39,214 nt of DNA from Bacteroidales bacterium (GTDB taxonomy: Bacteria > Bacteroidota > Bacteroidia > Bacteroidales > 4484-276), in assembly GCA_046542305.1 (NCBI GenBank), contig JBKHBQ010000003.1, positions 1 through 39,214 of the forward strand. Direction: 5' to 3'. Below are positions 25,126-34,827 of the stretch, piece by piece; the stretch's first letter is position 1; each line of letters begins with the position of its first letter. The notes under the pieces are model-generated. The model made no database searches, was not told where the DNA came from, and worked only from the letters and a program-made list of their open reading frames with translations. The position numbers and the translations under genes are program-made.

Positions 25126-27711
25126 TTACTGCCCGCCGTCGGGAGGCAAAATCAGGATCAGGTTGTCAGGTACTGAATTGTACACCTGATAAGCCTTTCC
25201 CGGCTCAAGGTATTCAAGGGTGAAAATACCCATGGCCGGCCAATAGAGTTTTGTTCCGGCCACTTCTTTTATCATGACCACTTGCGGGTAATCAGCAAAC
25301 ACTGTTTCTATTTCCATGGGTTCGGTAGTGGTAACCGGAAACAGCGACCATCCCGGCGTAATGGTGAGCGGAGCAGGCGGATAACGGACCCAGCCTGTGA
25401 ATGAGAATGTAGCCGCTTCTCTCATTTTTATCCTGTAACCGAAATTGTTGAACCACTCATCGATGGTGTTCAGATTTTCGTCGGGCCAATACACACCCTG
25501 GTCGTTGGTAAGGATAATCATATCGCTTACTACAGGCTCAAGAAGCATCGTAATTTCAGCATTTTCCGGCTGGATGTATGAAGATATTCCACTCCATCCC
25601 TTACTAAGTAAAAACTGCTGTGTATCCTGCTGATACACCACTACCATCGCGGTATCGCTGTAAATCTCATAGCAGCCATTGTTGTAGGTACAATGGTAGG
25701 TTCCCGCATCCTCAAAGCACACTTCCGCAACAAGTAAAGCAGGGCTTTCGCATCCGGAAATAATTTCGCCATTCAAATACCATTCATAAGTTCCTTCAAG
25801 CTGACTGGCAGCCTCAAAAGCAAGTTCCAGGGGTGCCCCGGCATAAAGCACCTGTTCGTCCATCTGGTGGTTAATCACCTCTGGGATATCTATCTGGTAA
25901 ATCACAGTATCCGAATTTCCCGTTTGGCAGGGCCAGGCAGGCATAGCCGTAAGTACCAACTCCACCGAAGAGTTTTCGATATCCTGTTCACCGGCAAAAT
26001 ATACCGGATCGGGAATTGTGGCATTGCTGAATGATCCGTCACCCGTTGTGATCCATAGCATTGAACTGCTGTTTGCAACTTCGCCCTGAAGGGCAGCCTG
26101 ATCGCAGGTGGTGAAGTCAGCTCCTGCATTTGCCCAGGGAAATGGTGCTATTTCGACAAGAAGATCGTCCGAAGCAACAACCTCACAAGGTGAAAGGGGA
26201 AATGCCTGAACCTGGAGCAGAACCTGTCCGTTCTGGATATCATCAGTACCCGGATAATAGACGGGGTTCAGGATTTGTGCACTATCAAAATAACCATCGC
26301 CAGCAGTGATCCATTCAATGTCTGAATAATACATCGCCTCAGCAGAAACCTCGGGGTTGATGCCTGCACAGGTTATTGTATCCGGAGCCGCTGTCAATTG
26401 CGGTTCGGGAACAAAATTTACCAGAATGTACGATCCCGGCACGTGGGTACAGGGCGAAACAGGAAGTGCATTCAATTCGAGAAATACATACCCCCTGGAA
26501 AGATCGAGCGCACCGGGATTATAAACAGGATTGAGAATGGAAGGATTATCAAAGCTGCCATCGCCGTAGGTAATCCAGTATACTGAAGAAAAACCCGATG
26601 CTGCAGCTTCCAGTTGAACCGGCTGTCCGCCGCAGGCCAACTGGCTGGGAACATGAGAGGTGACAGGGTTCTTCTGAATAGTCAACGTAAGTTGGTCGAC
26701 GGCATCATTCAGGCATGGCAATTTGGCAGTTGCAGTAAACTGCAGTTCCACGGTTCCGGCGGATATATCCTCATCTCCGGGCGTATACACAGGATTTACC
26801 GTGTAAGGATCACTAAAAACGCCATCCCCGGATGTGGTCCAGAAACTATTCTCATGATGGGCTGCAAAACCTTCAAGTTGCAGCACTTCGGTTTCACACA
26901 GCAGGGTATCGCTTCCGGCATTAACCACCGGCTCCCGTACAATGTCCAGATTCATACAATTTGCATGGGGAGCCGCACAGGGAGAAATCGGATATGCAAC
27001 CAGGCACAGTGCGGCATTGCCATCGGCAATATCTTCGGAACCCGGCACATATACAGGATTCAAAATCGTGGCATCGCTAAAATAGCCATCACCGGTGGAT
27101 GACCACAGCAGCGAGGCATAATGCTCGGCCTGGCCCGAAAGCGGTGCAATGGAACCTTCACAAAGTTCGATATCCTCCCCGGCATTGCTTGATGGCGCCA
27201 CAACAATGGATATTTGTACACTGTCGACAATGGAATCATTCTGGTGCGTTAAAGACCATCCCTTCAGGTAAAACTTGAAATTACCGGTGGCAATGTCGTT
27301 GTATCCCGGATAGTAAAATGTATTTAGTGTGTTGGCGTCGTCAAAAAACCCATCTCCGCTGGTTTTCCACAAAAGGAACGAGTAATTAGCTGCATCGCCC
27401 CAGGTATAAAAATAAACCCCGTTGAGGCAAAGGGAGGAATCAGCACCTGCATCAATCCATAAACCTGTTGAATCTAGAGGCGCTTCCGGTTTTTCTTTAT
27501 AAGATGATGTGGTTTCAAAAACCCTGTCGGTTTCTGCCTGATCTGCAAAAGCAATATCTTCCTGGAAGATAATTCCTTTCGAAGGTGAAGCAACAGGTGC
27601 AGCGGAAATGAACCGAATGCCCTTCAGGCTTTGTCCCGTGGCGCCGGTACAGGGAATAACGCCTGTCAAAAGGGAGACAACGATGGCTGTTATGGTCAAT
27701 ATACGTTTCAT
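25126..27711 (-). CDS. Secreted repeat protein (861 aa): 6x approx. 88-aa Ig/PKD-like repeats, I-set-like Ig domain, GWxGISS module, no T9SS CTD visible
   Basis: Signal peptide; six C..W..xGDG.F...(N/D)xxY..G..D repeats; YEWYLNG..DAGTYHC; GWSGISSY. Confidence 0.85.
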   Translation of the reverse strand: MKRILTITAIVVSLLTGVIPCTGATGQSLKGIRFISAAPVASPSKGIIFQEDIAFADQAETDRVFETTSSYKEKPEAPLDSTGLWIDAGADSSLCLNGVYFYTWGDAANYSFLLWKTSGDGFFDDANTLNTFYYPGYNDIATGNFKFYLKGWSLTHQNDSIVDSVQISIVVAPSSNAGEDIELCEGSIAPLSGQAEHYASLLWSSTGDGYFSDATILNPVYVPGSEDIADGNAALCLVAYPISPCAAPHANCMNLDIVREPVVNAGSDTLLCETEVLQLEGFAAHHENSFWTTSGDGVFSDPYTVNPVYTPGDEDISAGTVELQFTATAKLPCLNDAVDQLTLTIQKNPVTSHVPSQLACGGQPVQLEAAASGFSSVYWITYGDGSFDNPSILNPVYNPGALDLSRGYVFLELNALPVSPCTHVPGSYILVNFVPEPQLTAAPDTITCAGINPEVSAEAMYYSDIEWITAGDGYFDSAQILNPVYYPGTDDIQNGQVLLQVQAFPLSPCEVVASDDLLVEIAPFPWANAGADFTTCDQAALQGEVANSSSMLWITTGDGSFSNATIPDPVYFAGEQDIENSSVELVLTAMPAWPCQTGNSDTVIYQIDIPEVINHQMDEQVLYAGAPLELAFEAASQLEGTYEWYLNGEIISGCESPALLVAEVCFEDAGTYHCTYNNGCYEIYSDTAMVVVYQQDTQQFLLSKGWSGISSYIQPENAEITMLLEPVVSDMIILTNDQGVYWPDENLNTIDEWFNNFGYRIKMREAATFSFTGWVRYPPAPLTITPGWSLFPVTTTEPMEIETVFADYPQVVMIKEVAGTKLYWPAMGIFTLEYLEPGKAYQVYNSVPDNLILILPPDGGQ

Positions 27712-27747
27712 TTTTCACGAGGTTGAGGGTGACAAACAGATTTCCTG

Positions 27748-27778
27748 TAAAAGTACATATAACTTTTACCGAAACAAA
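27748..27778 (-). promoter_or_regulatory. Bacteroidota -33/-7 promoter candidate for the 861-aa gene
   Basis: Minus strand TTTG-N19-TACTTTTA. The spacing fits the consensus and the -7 box is a G>A variant. Confidence 0.45.
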
Positions 27779-27838
27779 GCTCCGCTAAAACTTTTTTTCA
27801 GTTTTATAATCCCCCCTGGGGTTCCTGAATCAAAAGAA

Positions 27839-28909
27839 TTAATTAATCAGCTCCACACGGATAATCACCGGGTTATGATCGGAATATCTGAAACCCAGGT
27901 CGGGGGTTTGCACTTCCAGCGGTTTTATGTTGGGTGAAACAAGAAAAAAATCGATGGTGGTGGTTTTCGTGGTTGCTTTTTTATAGGGCCTGTTCACCCA
28001 TCTGTTGCTGGGGACGGTTTCATCATGCATCCAGGTCCATCCTTCCGGCATAAAATCCATTGGAATATTTCCCATATCAATATTCACGGCAGTATCACCG
28101 GTAAGAATTTCCTCCGGATCATATTCCGGAGGGTTGCGATTCCAGTCGCCACCAACGATCACATAATGCCCTTTGCTGTATTCTTCAAGAACAGCCTCCC
28201 GAAGAAATTCGAACTCCTGCCGGCGCAGTCGCCCGTCGTCGAATGCCGAATTGTGGGTGTTGACCACCGCCAGCAATTTGCCCTGTGCCGTTACATACCG
28301 CTGAATGATAAAACAACGGTCGAGCATGAACAGCCTCTTGGGAAAACCATATCCACCCGGATAATCAATACGTTCGCTGGTAGTGGCATCGTACACAGAG
28401 AAATTCATCAGGCCGCTTTCCACCCTGCCCATTGGATTATTAACCGGTACCGGAACAAACATGACATCATAATTTCGGGCAAAAATGCTTTGGAAGCCGT
28501 TCAACAGGTTTCGCAAAAATTCCACCTGATTTTGACGGTGCGATCGTCTTGCTGTTTTGTCAACCTCCTGCAAAAGCATAAAATCCAGCGTATCCATTTT
28601 TTGCAAAAATTTGGTGATACCACTGAAATACTCCCAGTTAAGCTGTTTGGGAGGGCGCACATTTTCTCCGCCATCATAAAAGAAATCCATGTCACTGCCG
28701 AGTCCGGCGTACCCGATATTCCAGCTCATGATGCTGATGCGCGATTTTTCAACTACGCTCTTCCCGGGATTGCCTTCCGGTGCAAGGATGGCATGTGGTG
28801 GCGGGTTAAAGTCGGTAATAACAGCTACCAAAACAGCTACAATTAAAAAAATGAAAACCAGGGCGATTGCCACCCCTACTGCCCGCAACACGATCCTGAA
28901 TGCTTTCAT
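27839..28909 (-). CDS. Endonuclease/exonuclease/phosphatase (EEP) family protein with N-terminal membrane anchor
   Basis: SWNIGY, LQEVD, NTH, GGDWN, IDFF and SDH motifs; hydrophobic N-terminus. Confidence 0.9.
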   Translation of the reverse strand: MKAFRIVLRAVGVAIALVFIFLIVAVLVAVITDFNPPPHAILAPEGNPGKSVVEKSRISIMSWNIGYAGLGSDMDFFYDGGENVRPPKQLNWEYFSGITKFLQKMDTLDFMLLQEVDKTARRSHRQNQVEFLRNLLNGFQSIFARNYDVMFVPVPVNNPMGRVESGLMNFSVYDATTSERIDYPGGYGFPKRLFMLDRCFIIQRYVTAQGKLLAVVNTHNSAFDDGRLRRQEFEFLREAVLEEYSKGHYVIVGGDWNRNPPEYDPEEILTGDTAVNIDMGNIPMDFMPEGWTWMHDETVPSNRWVNRPYKKATTKTTTIDFFLVSPNIKPLEVQTPDLGFRYSDHNPVIIRVELIN

Positions 28910-28995
28910 TTTCAGGTGAATTGATTATTTAATCATTAAAAAACAACCTGTTGAGAAACAATAATTTGCTATCTCAATCCGATAAAAAAAATTTA

Positions 28996-29003
28996 TATTT
29001 TTG
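28996..29003 (+). promoter_or_regulatory. -7 box for the GH3 gene
   Basis: TATTTTTG, 45 nt upstream of the start. Confidence 0.5.
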
Positions 29004-29048
29004 CCGCGAAGATAAAGATAAATCGAACGAACTAAAACGAGACAAATA

Positions 29049-30611
29049 TTGCCAATCATTGGTTCAATCATAAAACGCGCCATCGAGCTCAGAAGCCTGA
29101 GCAACAAGGAAAACCAACGTAACTTCGATGGCTGCCAGGCGCAAAGGAACATGCTGAAGAAACTTTTGCGCAAAGCCCAGTTTACCCATTTTGGCGAAAC
29201 CTATGGATTCAGTGAAATACTCCGCTCCCGCAATATCGTTGAAGAGTTTCAGCGCAACGTGCCGGTACACGATTACAACACCATCCATAAACGCTGGTGG
29301 TATCGTTCGCTTAATGGAGAACCCTATGTTACCTGGCCGGGAAAGGTAAAGTATTTCGCCCTGAGTTCCGGAACTTCGGAAGCTTCGAGCAAATATATTC
29401 CGGTAACCAACGACATGCTGAAGTCCATTAAAAAAACCAGTGTCAGGCAATTGCTTTCGCTGGCCCAATACAACTTTCCTCCCGAATTCTTCGAGAAAGG
29501 CAAGGGCATTCTGATGCTGGGCGGCAGCACACACCTGCAATTTAATGGTACGTATTATGCCGGCGACTTGTCAGGAATTACCACTGGAAACATTCCGTTC
29601 TGGTTTCAGGTGTTTTATAAACCGGGAAAACGCATTTCGAAGGAACGCGACTGGCCCACCAAACTCGAGGAGATTGTACGCAAAGCCAAAGACTGGGACA
29701 TCGGGGTGATTGTAGGAGTGCCGGCATGGCTGCAAATACTGCTCGAAAAAATTATCGCCCGGTACAACCTGAAAAATATTCACGAAATCTGGCCCAACCT
29801 CTCCATTTATGTTCATGGCGGCGTTTCGCTTGCTCCTTATGTAAAAGGATTTGAAAGGCTGCTGGCCAAGCCGCTGACTTACATGGAAACCTATCTTGCT
29901 TCCGAAGGTTTTATTGCCTATCAGAAGCGCCCGCACGTCGACAGCATGCAGATGTCGCTGGATACCGGGTTGTTTTTTGAGTTTATTCCTTTCAACAGAA
30001 AAAATTTTGATGAGGAGGGAAATCTGGCAGAGAATCCCGAAACCCTCACACTTGATGCCGTTGAAGAAGGAAAGGAGTATGCCCTGCTGATCAGTTCCAA
30101 TGCAGGAGCATGGCGGTATCTCATCGGCGATACCATCAAATTTACTTCGAAAAAGCTCAACGAAATCCGCATCACCGGACGTACAAAACATTACCTCAGC
30201 CTTTGCGGTGAACATCTTTCGCAGGAAAACATGAACCGGGCAGTAGAGATGATGTGCCACGATCTGAACATCGAAGTGAGGGAGTTTACAGTGGCAGGTA
30301 TCAAGCATGGATCCATGTTCGCACACAAATGGTTCCTTGGTACCGACGACAACCTGGATGCTGCGGTAGCCCGCGAAAAAATCGACAGTAACCTGAAATT
30401 GCTCAACGACGATTATCGTGTGGAACGCATTGCCGCCATCAAGGATGTGATTGTGGAGGTGCTTCCTACAAAAATTTTTTATCAGTGGATGCGTGATCAC
30501 GGCAAGGAAGGCGCACAGAACAAATTCCCCCGTGTCATTAAAGCACGTCAGCTTGAGGAATGGGAGAATTATGTGAAAAACTTCAGGGAATCCGGGGCCG
30601 GCAAGGCTTAA
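29049..30611 (+). CDS. GH3 auxin-responsive-promoter family protein (acyl-adenylate-forming, acyl acid amido synthetase-like)
   Basis: FALSSGTS..SKYIP, YLASEGF, WRYLIGDTI, GRTK, QNKFPR; TTG start. Confidence 0.9.
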   Translation: MPIIGSIIKRAIELRSLSNKENQRNFDGCQAQRNMLKKLLRKAQFTHFGETYGFSEILRSRNIVEEFQRNVPVHDYNTIHKRWWYRSLNGEPYVTWPGKVKYFALSSGTSEASSKYIPVTNDMLKSIKKTSVRQLLSLAQYNFPPEFFEKGKGILMLGGSTHLQFNGTYYAGDLSGITTGNIPFWFQVFYKPGKRISKERDWPTKLEEIVRKAKDWDIGVIVGVPAWLQILLEKIIARYNLKNIHEIWPNLSIYVHGGVSLAPYVKGFERLLAKPLTYMETYLASEGFIAYQKRPHVDSMQMSLDTGLFFEFIPFNRKNFDEEGNLAENPETLTLDAVEEGKEYALLISSNAGAWRYLIGDTIKFTSKKLNEIRITGRTKHYLSLCGEHLSQENMNRAVEMMCHDLNIEVREFTVAGIKHGSMFAHKWFLGTDDNLDAAVAREKIDSNLKLLNDDYRVERIAAIKDVIVEVLPTKIFYQWMRDHGKEGAQNKFPRVIKARQLEEWENYVKNFRESGAGKA

Positions 30612-30675
30612 TAAAAATTTAACGGCGAACTATACAGGCGCCCACGCCTGAACGATCTATGCTTATAATAATTTT

Positions 30676-30683
30676 TAAATTTG
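30676..30683 (+). promoter_or_regulatory. -7 box for the LysE gene
   Basis: TAAATTTG. Confidence 0.5.
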
Positions 30684-30761
30684 CAGGCTCCTTTATCCTG
30701 GTAGGGCATCTCCAACAGGATATGCTTGCCGGCTGATTCGTTTGCACGGAAGATTTACATT

Positions 30762-31397
30762 ATGAATCCATTTTTAGAAGGGGCAATTTTTGGATTAACC
30801 ATCGCGGTATTGCTGGGGCCGGCACTGTTTGCGCTGGTTCAAACAAGCATCCATCGCGGATTCGGTTCGGGTGTTTTGCTGGCTGCGGGTATTTTTCTCA
30901 GCGATCTGACCCTGGTGGTTTTAACCTTTATCGGTGCCAACCAAATTCTCTCGAGCGACAGCAACAGACTCTTCTTCGGCATTGTCAGCGGATTTATTCT
31001 TATCGGTTACGGAGTAGTTACATTTCGCCGCAAAGTAGCTATGAATAAAAACGGCGATTTGATTGAAGAGAAAAAGCCCGGATGGTACACCTATATTTTA
31101 AAGGGATATTTCCTCAACATTGCCAACCCTTTTGTGTGGCTGTTCTGGATGGGCATAACCGTGGGCATTACCTCAACTTATGGCGATGATACCCGCCTGG
31201 CTGTATTTTTCTTTTCAGGTGCCTTGTTCACCATTTTCGTCACCGACCTCATCAAGGCGTATATTGCCAAACGAATCAAAAGCCTGCTCAATCCGGCCAA
31301 CATCCGGCGCCTCAATCACATTGTGGGAATTATTCTGGTATTTTTTGGTGTGGTGCTGATGGTAAGGGCGTTAATGGTTCACCTGCACTGGATTTAA
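30762..31397 (+). CDS. LysE/RhtB family exporter
   Basis: GP(A)LFALVQTSI.RGF.SG...GIFLSD, KGYFLNIANP, about six hydrophobic segments; ATG at 30762. Confidence 0.88.
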   Translation: MNPFLEGAIFGLTIAVLLGPALFALVQTSIHRGFGSGVLLAAGIFLSDLTLVVLTFIGANQILSSDSNRLFFGIVSGFILIGYGVVTFRRKVAMNKNGDLIEEKKPGWYTYILKGYFLNIANPFVWLFWMGITVGITSTYGDDTRLAVFFFSGALFTIFVTDLIKAYIAKRIKSLLNPANIRRLNHIVGIILVFFGVVLMVRALMVHLHWI

Positions 31398-31408
31398 CTG
31401 GTAGCCGA

Positions 31409-33187
31409 TCATTCGTCGTAATACTCTTCCACCTGGTCATGGTCCTTGATGTCCTTGATATTTAGCTGTAGCGACACATGACCGTTCCACTCGTTTTCCT
31501 CCACATGATAGCAAATTGTAAATGGTTTCCCGCTTTGGATGATGGGAAGTTTGTTTCCCTGTTGAAAAGCGATGGCGGCAACCGGGAATCCGGAAATATC
31601 GGGATGGATCACGCTCAGCTTCAGGTGATTTTTACCTACAATACAACCATAGCCTGTATCCACCACCCTTTCGGTTAAAAATACCGGCGCCATGTTTTCC
31701 GGGCCGTAAGGCGCAAATTGTTTCAGTATGCGGTAAAACTTTGTTGAGATGTTGTTAAGCTTGATTTTTGTATCGATTTCAATTTCAGGCACCAGCATAT
31801 GATCTTCGATGGTGTTGGCCACGATTCGCTCGAAACGCTCGCTGAAAGCCTCGAAATTTTCAGGCTTCATCGACAGGCCTGCGGCATATTTATGTCCTCC
31901 GAAATGTTCGAGCAGATCGTAACACTGATCGATGGCATTGTACACATCGAAATCCTTCACCGATCTGGCCGATCCGGTAATCAGCCCGTTCGACTGGGTG
32001 AGGATGATGGTGGGGCGGTAATAGGTTTCGGTGAGGCGCGAAGCCACAATTCCCAGGACCCCTTTATGCCAGTCGGGGTTATACACAATTGTGCTTTTGC
32101 GTTGCTGATGCTTTGTATCGGAAGCCAATACCTCCAGGGCGTGTTGGGTAACCTGCATGTCGAGGTGGCGGCGCTCGGTGTTGAACTGATTGATCTGCTC
32201 GGCTTTTTCGATGGCAGTTTCGATGTTTTTGCTGATGAGCAGTTCAACCGAATTTCTTCCGCTCTCCATGCGTCCAGCGGCATTAATGCGTGGTCCGATC
32301 AAAAATACCAGATCGCTGATGGTAAGCTTACGGTTAAATACAAACTCCTCCTCCACATATTGAAAATCGCTTTTCTTTTTGATGTTGCTGTAATGGAGGA
32401 TGGCTGTAAATCCGGGTCGTGGATTTGAATTGAGCAGTTTAAGCCCGTAATATGCCAGGATGCGGTTTTCGCCGGTAATAGGTACGATATCTGAAGCGAT
32501 GCTTACCACCACCAGGTCGAGAAACTTCTCGAGCCGCTTGAACGGCATATGGTTCTTTTTCGAAAAAGCCTGAACCAGCTTAAATCCAAGCCCGCAGCCC
32601 GAAAGCTCCTTGTATGGATAATTGCAGTCCGGCCGCTTGGGATCAAGAATGGCATAAGCCGGTGGCAATTGATCGCCGGGCCTGTGATGATCGCAAATAA
32701 TAAAATCGATGCCCATTTCGCCGGCGTAGCGAATGTTGTCGATGGCTTTTATCCCGCAGTCCAGTGCGATAATCAGCGTAAAATTGTGATTTCTGGCAAA
32801 TTCCACACCCGATTTGGAAATGCCATAGCCTTCGCTATACCGGTCGGGGATATAGAAATCCACTTCCTTGTAGAGCGATTTCAGAAAAGTATACACCAAA
32901 GCCACAGCCGTTGTGCCATCTACATCATAATCGCCGTACACCAGGATCTTTTCGCGGTAGCGGATGGCGTTTTCAATGCGATGGACGGCGCGGTCCATAT
33001 CCTTCATCAGAAAAGGATCGTGCAGTTGCGTCAGCTTCGGCCGGAAAAACGCTTTCGCTTCTTCAAAGGTGGTAATCCCCCGCTGCACCAGCAAATTGGC
33101 AAGCAAAGTGCTGATGTTAAGCGATCGCGACAGCTCCATCACTGCTGCAGGATCACCCTTTTCCTTTATCACCCAGCGTTTTTCCAT
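31409..33187 (-). CDS. recJ: Single-stranded-DNA-specific exonuclease RecJ
   Basis: YGDYDVDG, DCG, DHH, PRINAAGR, GSARS, FGGH..AAG; start MEKRW at 33187. Confidence 0.97.
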   Translation of the reverse strand: MEKRWVIKEKGDPAAVMELSRSLNISTLLANLLVQRGITTFEEAKAFFRPKLTQLHDPFLMKDMDRAVHRIENAIRYREKILVYGDYDVDGTTAVALVYTFLKSLYKEVDFYIPDRYSEGYGISKSGVEFARNHNFTLIIALDCGIKAIDNIRYAGEMGIDFIICDHHRPGDQLPPAYAILDPKRPDCNYPYKELSGCGLGFKLVQAFSKKNHMPFKRLEKFLDLVVVSIASDIVPITGENRILAYYGLKLLNSNPRPGFTAILHYSNIKKKSDFQYVEEEFVFNRKLTISDLVFLIGPRINAAGRMESGRNSVELLISKNIETAIEKAEQINQFNTERRHLDMQVTQHALEVLASDTKHQQRKSTIVYNPDWHKGVLGIVASRLTETYYRPTIILTQSNGLITGSARSVKDFDVYNAIDQCYDLLEHFGGHKYAAGLSMKPENFEAFSERFERIVANTIEDHMLVPEIEIDTKIKLNNISTKFYRILKQFAPYGPENMAPVFLTERVVDTGYGCIVGKNHLKLSVIHPDISGFPVAAIAFQQGNKLPIIQSGKPFTICYHVEENEWNGHVSLQLNIKDIKDHDQVEEYYDE

Positions 33188-33372
33188 TAAAGTTAAATTT
33201 TTGTAAAGATAAAAATAATAGGTTAAGGCCTGAAGGGTAAAAACAACTTTTGCAATATGCAAAAAAACTTCAGCCACAAAATCCACTGAGCCTCATGCAA
33301 CTTATAACCTGAAAGGAGGTTAAAAAAAAGCCGATAAAGATTTTATCATGGTATGCAGGCAAATAACCAGGC

Positions 33373-34620
33373 TTATATTCCAAACCTGATCGCTTCTACC
33401 GGATCGAGCCGGGAAGCTACCCATGCGGGTACAAATCCCGATATCAGCCCGATGGCCGTGGAGATTCCGAGACCGATGAGGATGTTTTGCTGGGTAAACA
33501 TCAGTTCGAAGGGAAGGCTGTTTTTGAAGATCAGGATGCCTGCATAGATCAGGATCAATCCAATGATCCCTCCCATGAGGGAAAGAAATACCGCTTCGAA
33601 CAAAAACTCCAGAAGGATAAAATAATTCTTTGCGCCAATGGCTTTTTGAATGCCGATGATATTGGTACGCTCACGCACCGACACGAACATAATGTTGGCA
33701 ATTCCGAAGCCGCCCACCAGCAGTGAGAAAGCCCCGATAATCCAGCCGATAGCCGCCAGGCCGCTGAAGAAGGACTGTAATCCCTGATTGATAACGCTGA
33801 CTTCGTTCAGGGCAAAATCGTTTTCATCGCCCGGGGGTATTTTCCTGAGCGACCGCATTACACCGGTTAATTCGTCGTTGAGCTGCTGATTGGACACATT
33901 GGGATGCGCTTTAACCATAATGGTAGTCCCTACATTGCGGAGGTTTACAAAATTTCTCGAAAAATTTACGGGGAGATAAACCTGCTCGTCGGTGGTATTG
34001 CCGAATGTTCCCTCGCCCTGACGCGCCAGCACCCCGATTACAGTGGCTTTGTTGCCGAAAACCTTGATGCTTTGCCCGAGCGGATAACTGTTGGGAAACA
34101 GGTTGTCGGCAATGTCAGCGCCGATAATGGCCACGTTCCGGCCCGCCAGCGATTCCACATGGGTAAAGTACCGCCCTTCTTGGATGTTGAGCGGCATCAC
34201 GCGGTCATAACCCTGTGAAACCGACACCACGCTCACACTTTCATAACTGTTGTTCAGATGCTTTACCGTCCGTGAATTTTCAAACATAAACGCCACGGCT
34301 TCCGCCGCAGTGCTGCGCCGCTCTATTTCTTCCATTTCCTCATAGGAAGGTTCGGGCCGGTTTATATATTTCCACCAGGGATAGCTGCCACCGCCCATCG
34401 CCCAGGGCCATTTTTGTATAAACAATACATTGCTGCCCAGCTCGTTAAGGCTGCTGCGAATGCTCGTTTCCAGCGAATCGAAAACCGACAGCACCGAAAT
34501 CACCGAAAATATCCCAATGGTAATCCCTGATAATGAGAGCAGGGTCCTCACCTTGTTGACAATGATGGCCTGAAATGCAAACAGGTAGCTCTCACGGATA
34601 AGTTTTAGCAGCAGGATCAT
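33373..34620 (-). CDS. MacB/FtsX-like ABC transporter permease
   Basis: RTLLSLSGITIGI, GGFGIANIMFVSVRERT..IGIQKAIGA, PA..ASRLDPVEAIR; start MILLLK at 34620. Confidence 0.92.
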   Translation of the reverse strand: MILLLKLIRESYLFAFQAIIVNKVRTLLSLSGITIGIFSVISVLSVFDSLETSIRSSLNELGSNVLFIQKWPWAMGGGSYPWWKYINRPEPSYEEMEEIERRSTAAEAVAFMFENSRTVKHLNNSYESVSVVSVSQGYDRVMPLNIQEGRYFTHVESLAGRNVAIIGADIADNLFPNSYPLGQSIKVFGNKATVIGVLARQGEGTFGNTTDEQVYLPVNFSRNFVNLRNVGTTIMVKAHPNVSNQQLNDELTGVMRSLRKIPPGDENDFALNEVSVINQGLQSFFSGLAAIGWIIGAFSLLVGGFGIANIMFVSVRERTNIIGIQKAIGAKNYFILLEFLFEAVFLSLMGGIIGLILIYAGILIFKNSLPFELMFTQQNILIGLGISTAIGLISGFVPAWVASRLDPVEAIRFGI

Positions 34621-34768
34621 ATGGCAAACAGCACTATCAAAATTATTTTGTAAAAGTAAGGTTTTCATTCGGAATATTGTTCCTGTAATAGTTTTTTGCA
34701 CCACGCCCCGGGCCGTGAATTATTTTGATGTTCGGGATTTAAAAACAAAAACTCTGATAATTTTTCTA

Positions 34769-34776
34769 TATTTTTG
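34769..34776 (+). promoter_or_regulatory. -7 box for purH-mre
   Basis: TATTTTTG, about 50 nt before the purH ATG. Confidence 0.5.
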
Positions 34777-34827
34777 CAGCCTTTAGGGGCTAATTCTTTT
34801 ATAATAAAACAGATACTTGCAGCGATC

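Noticed and set aside
30635-30650. CAGGCG-CCCA-CGCCTG hairpin after the GH3 gene as a terminator
   Set aside because: Only 6 bp and no U-tract.
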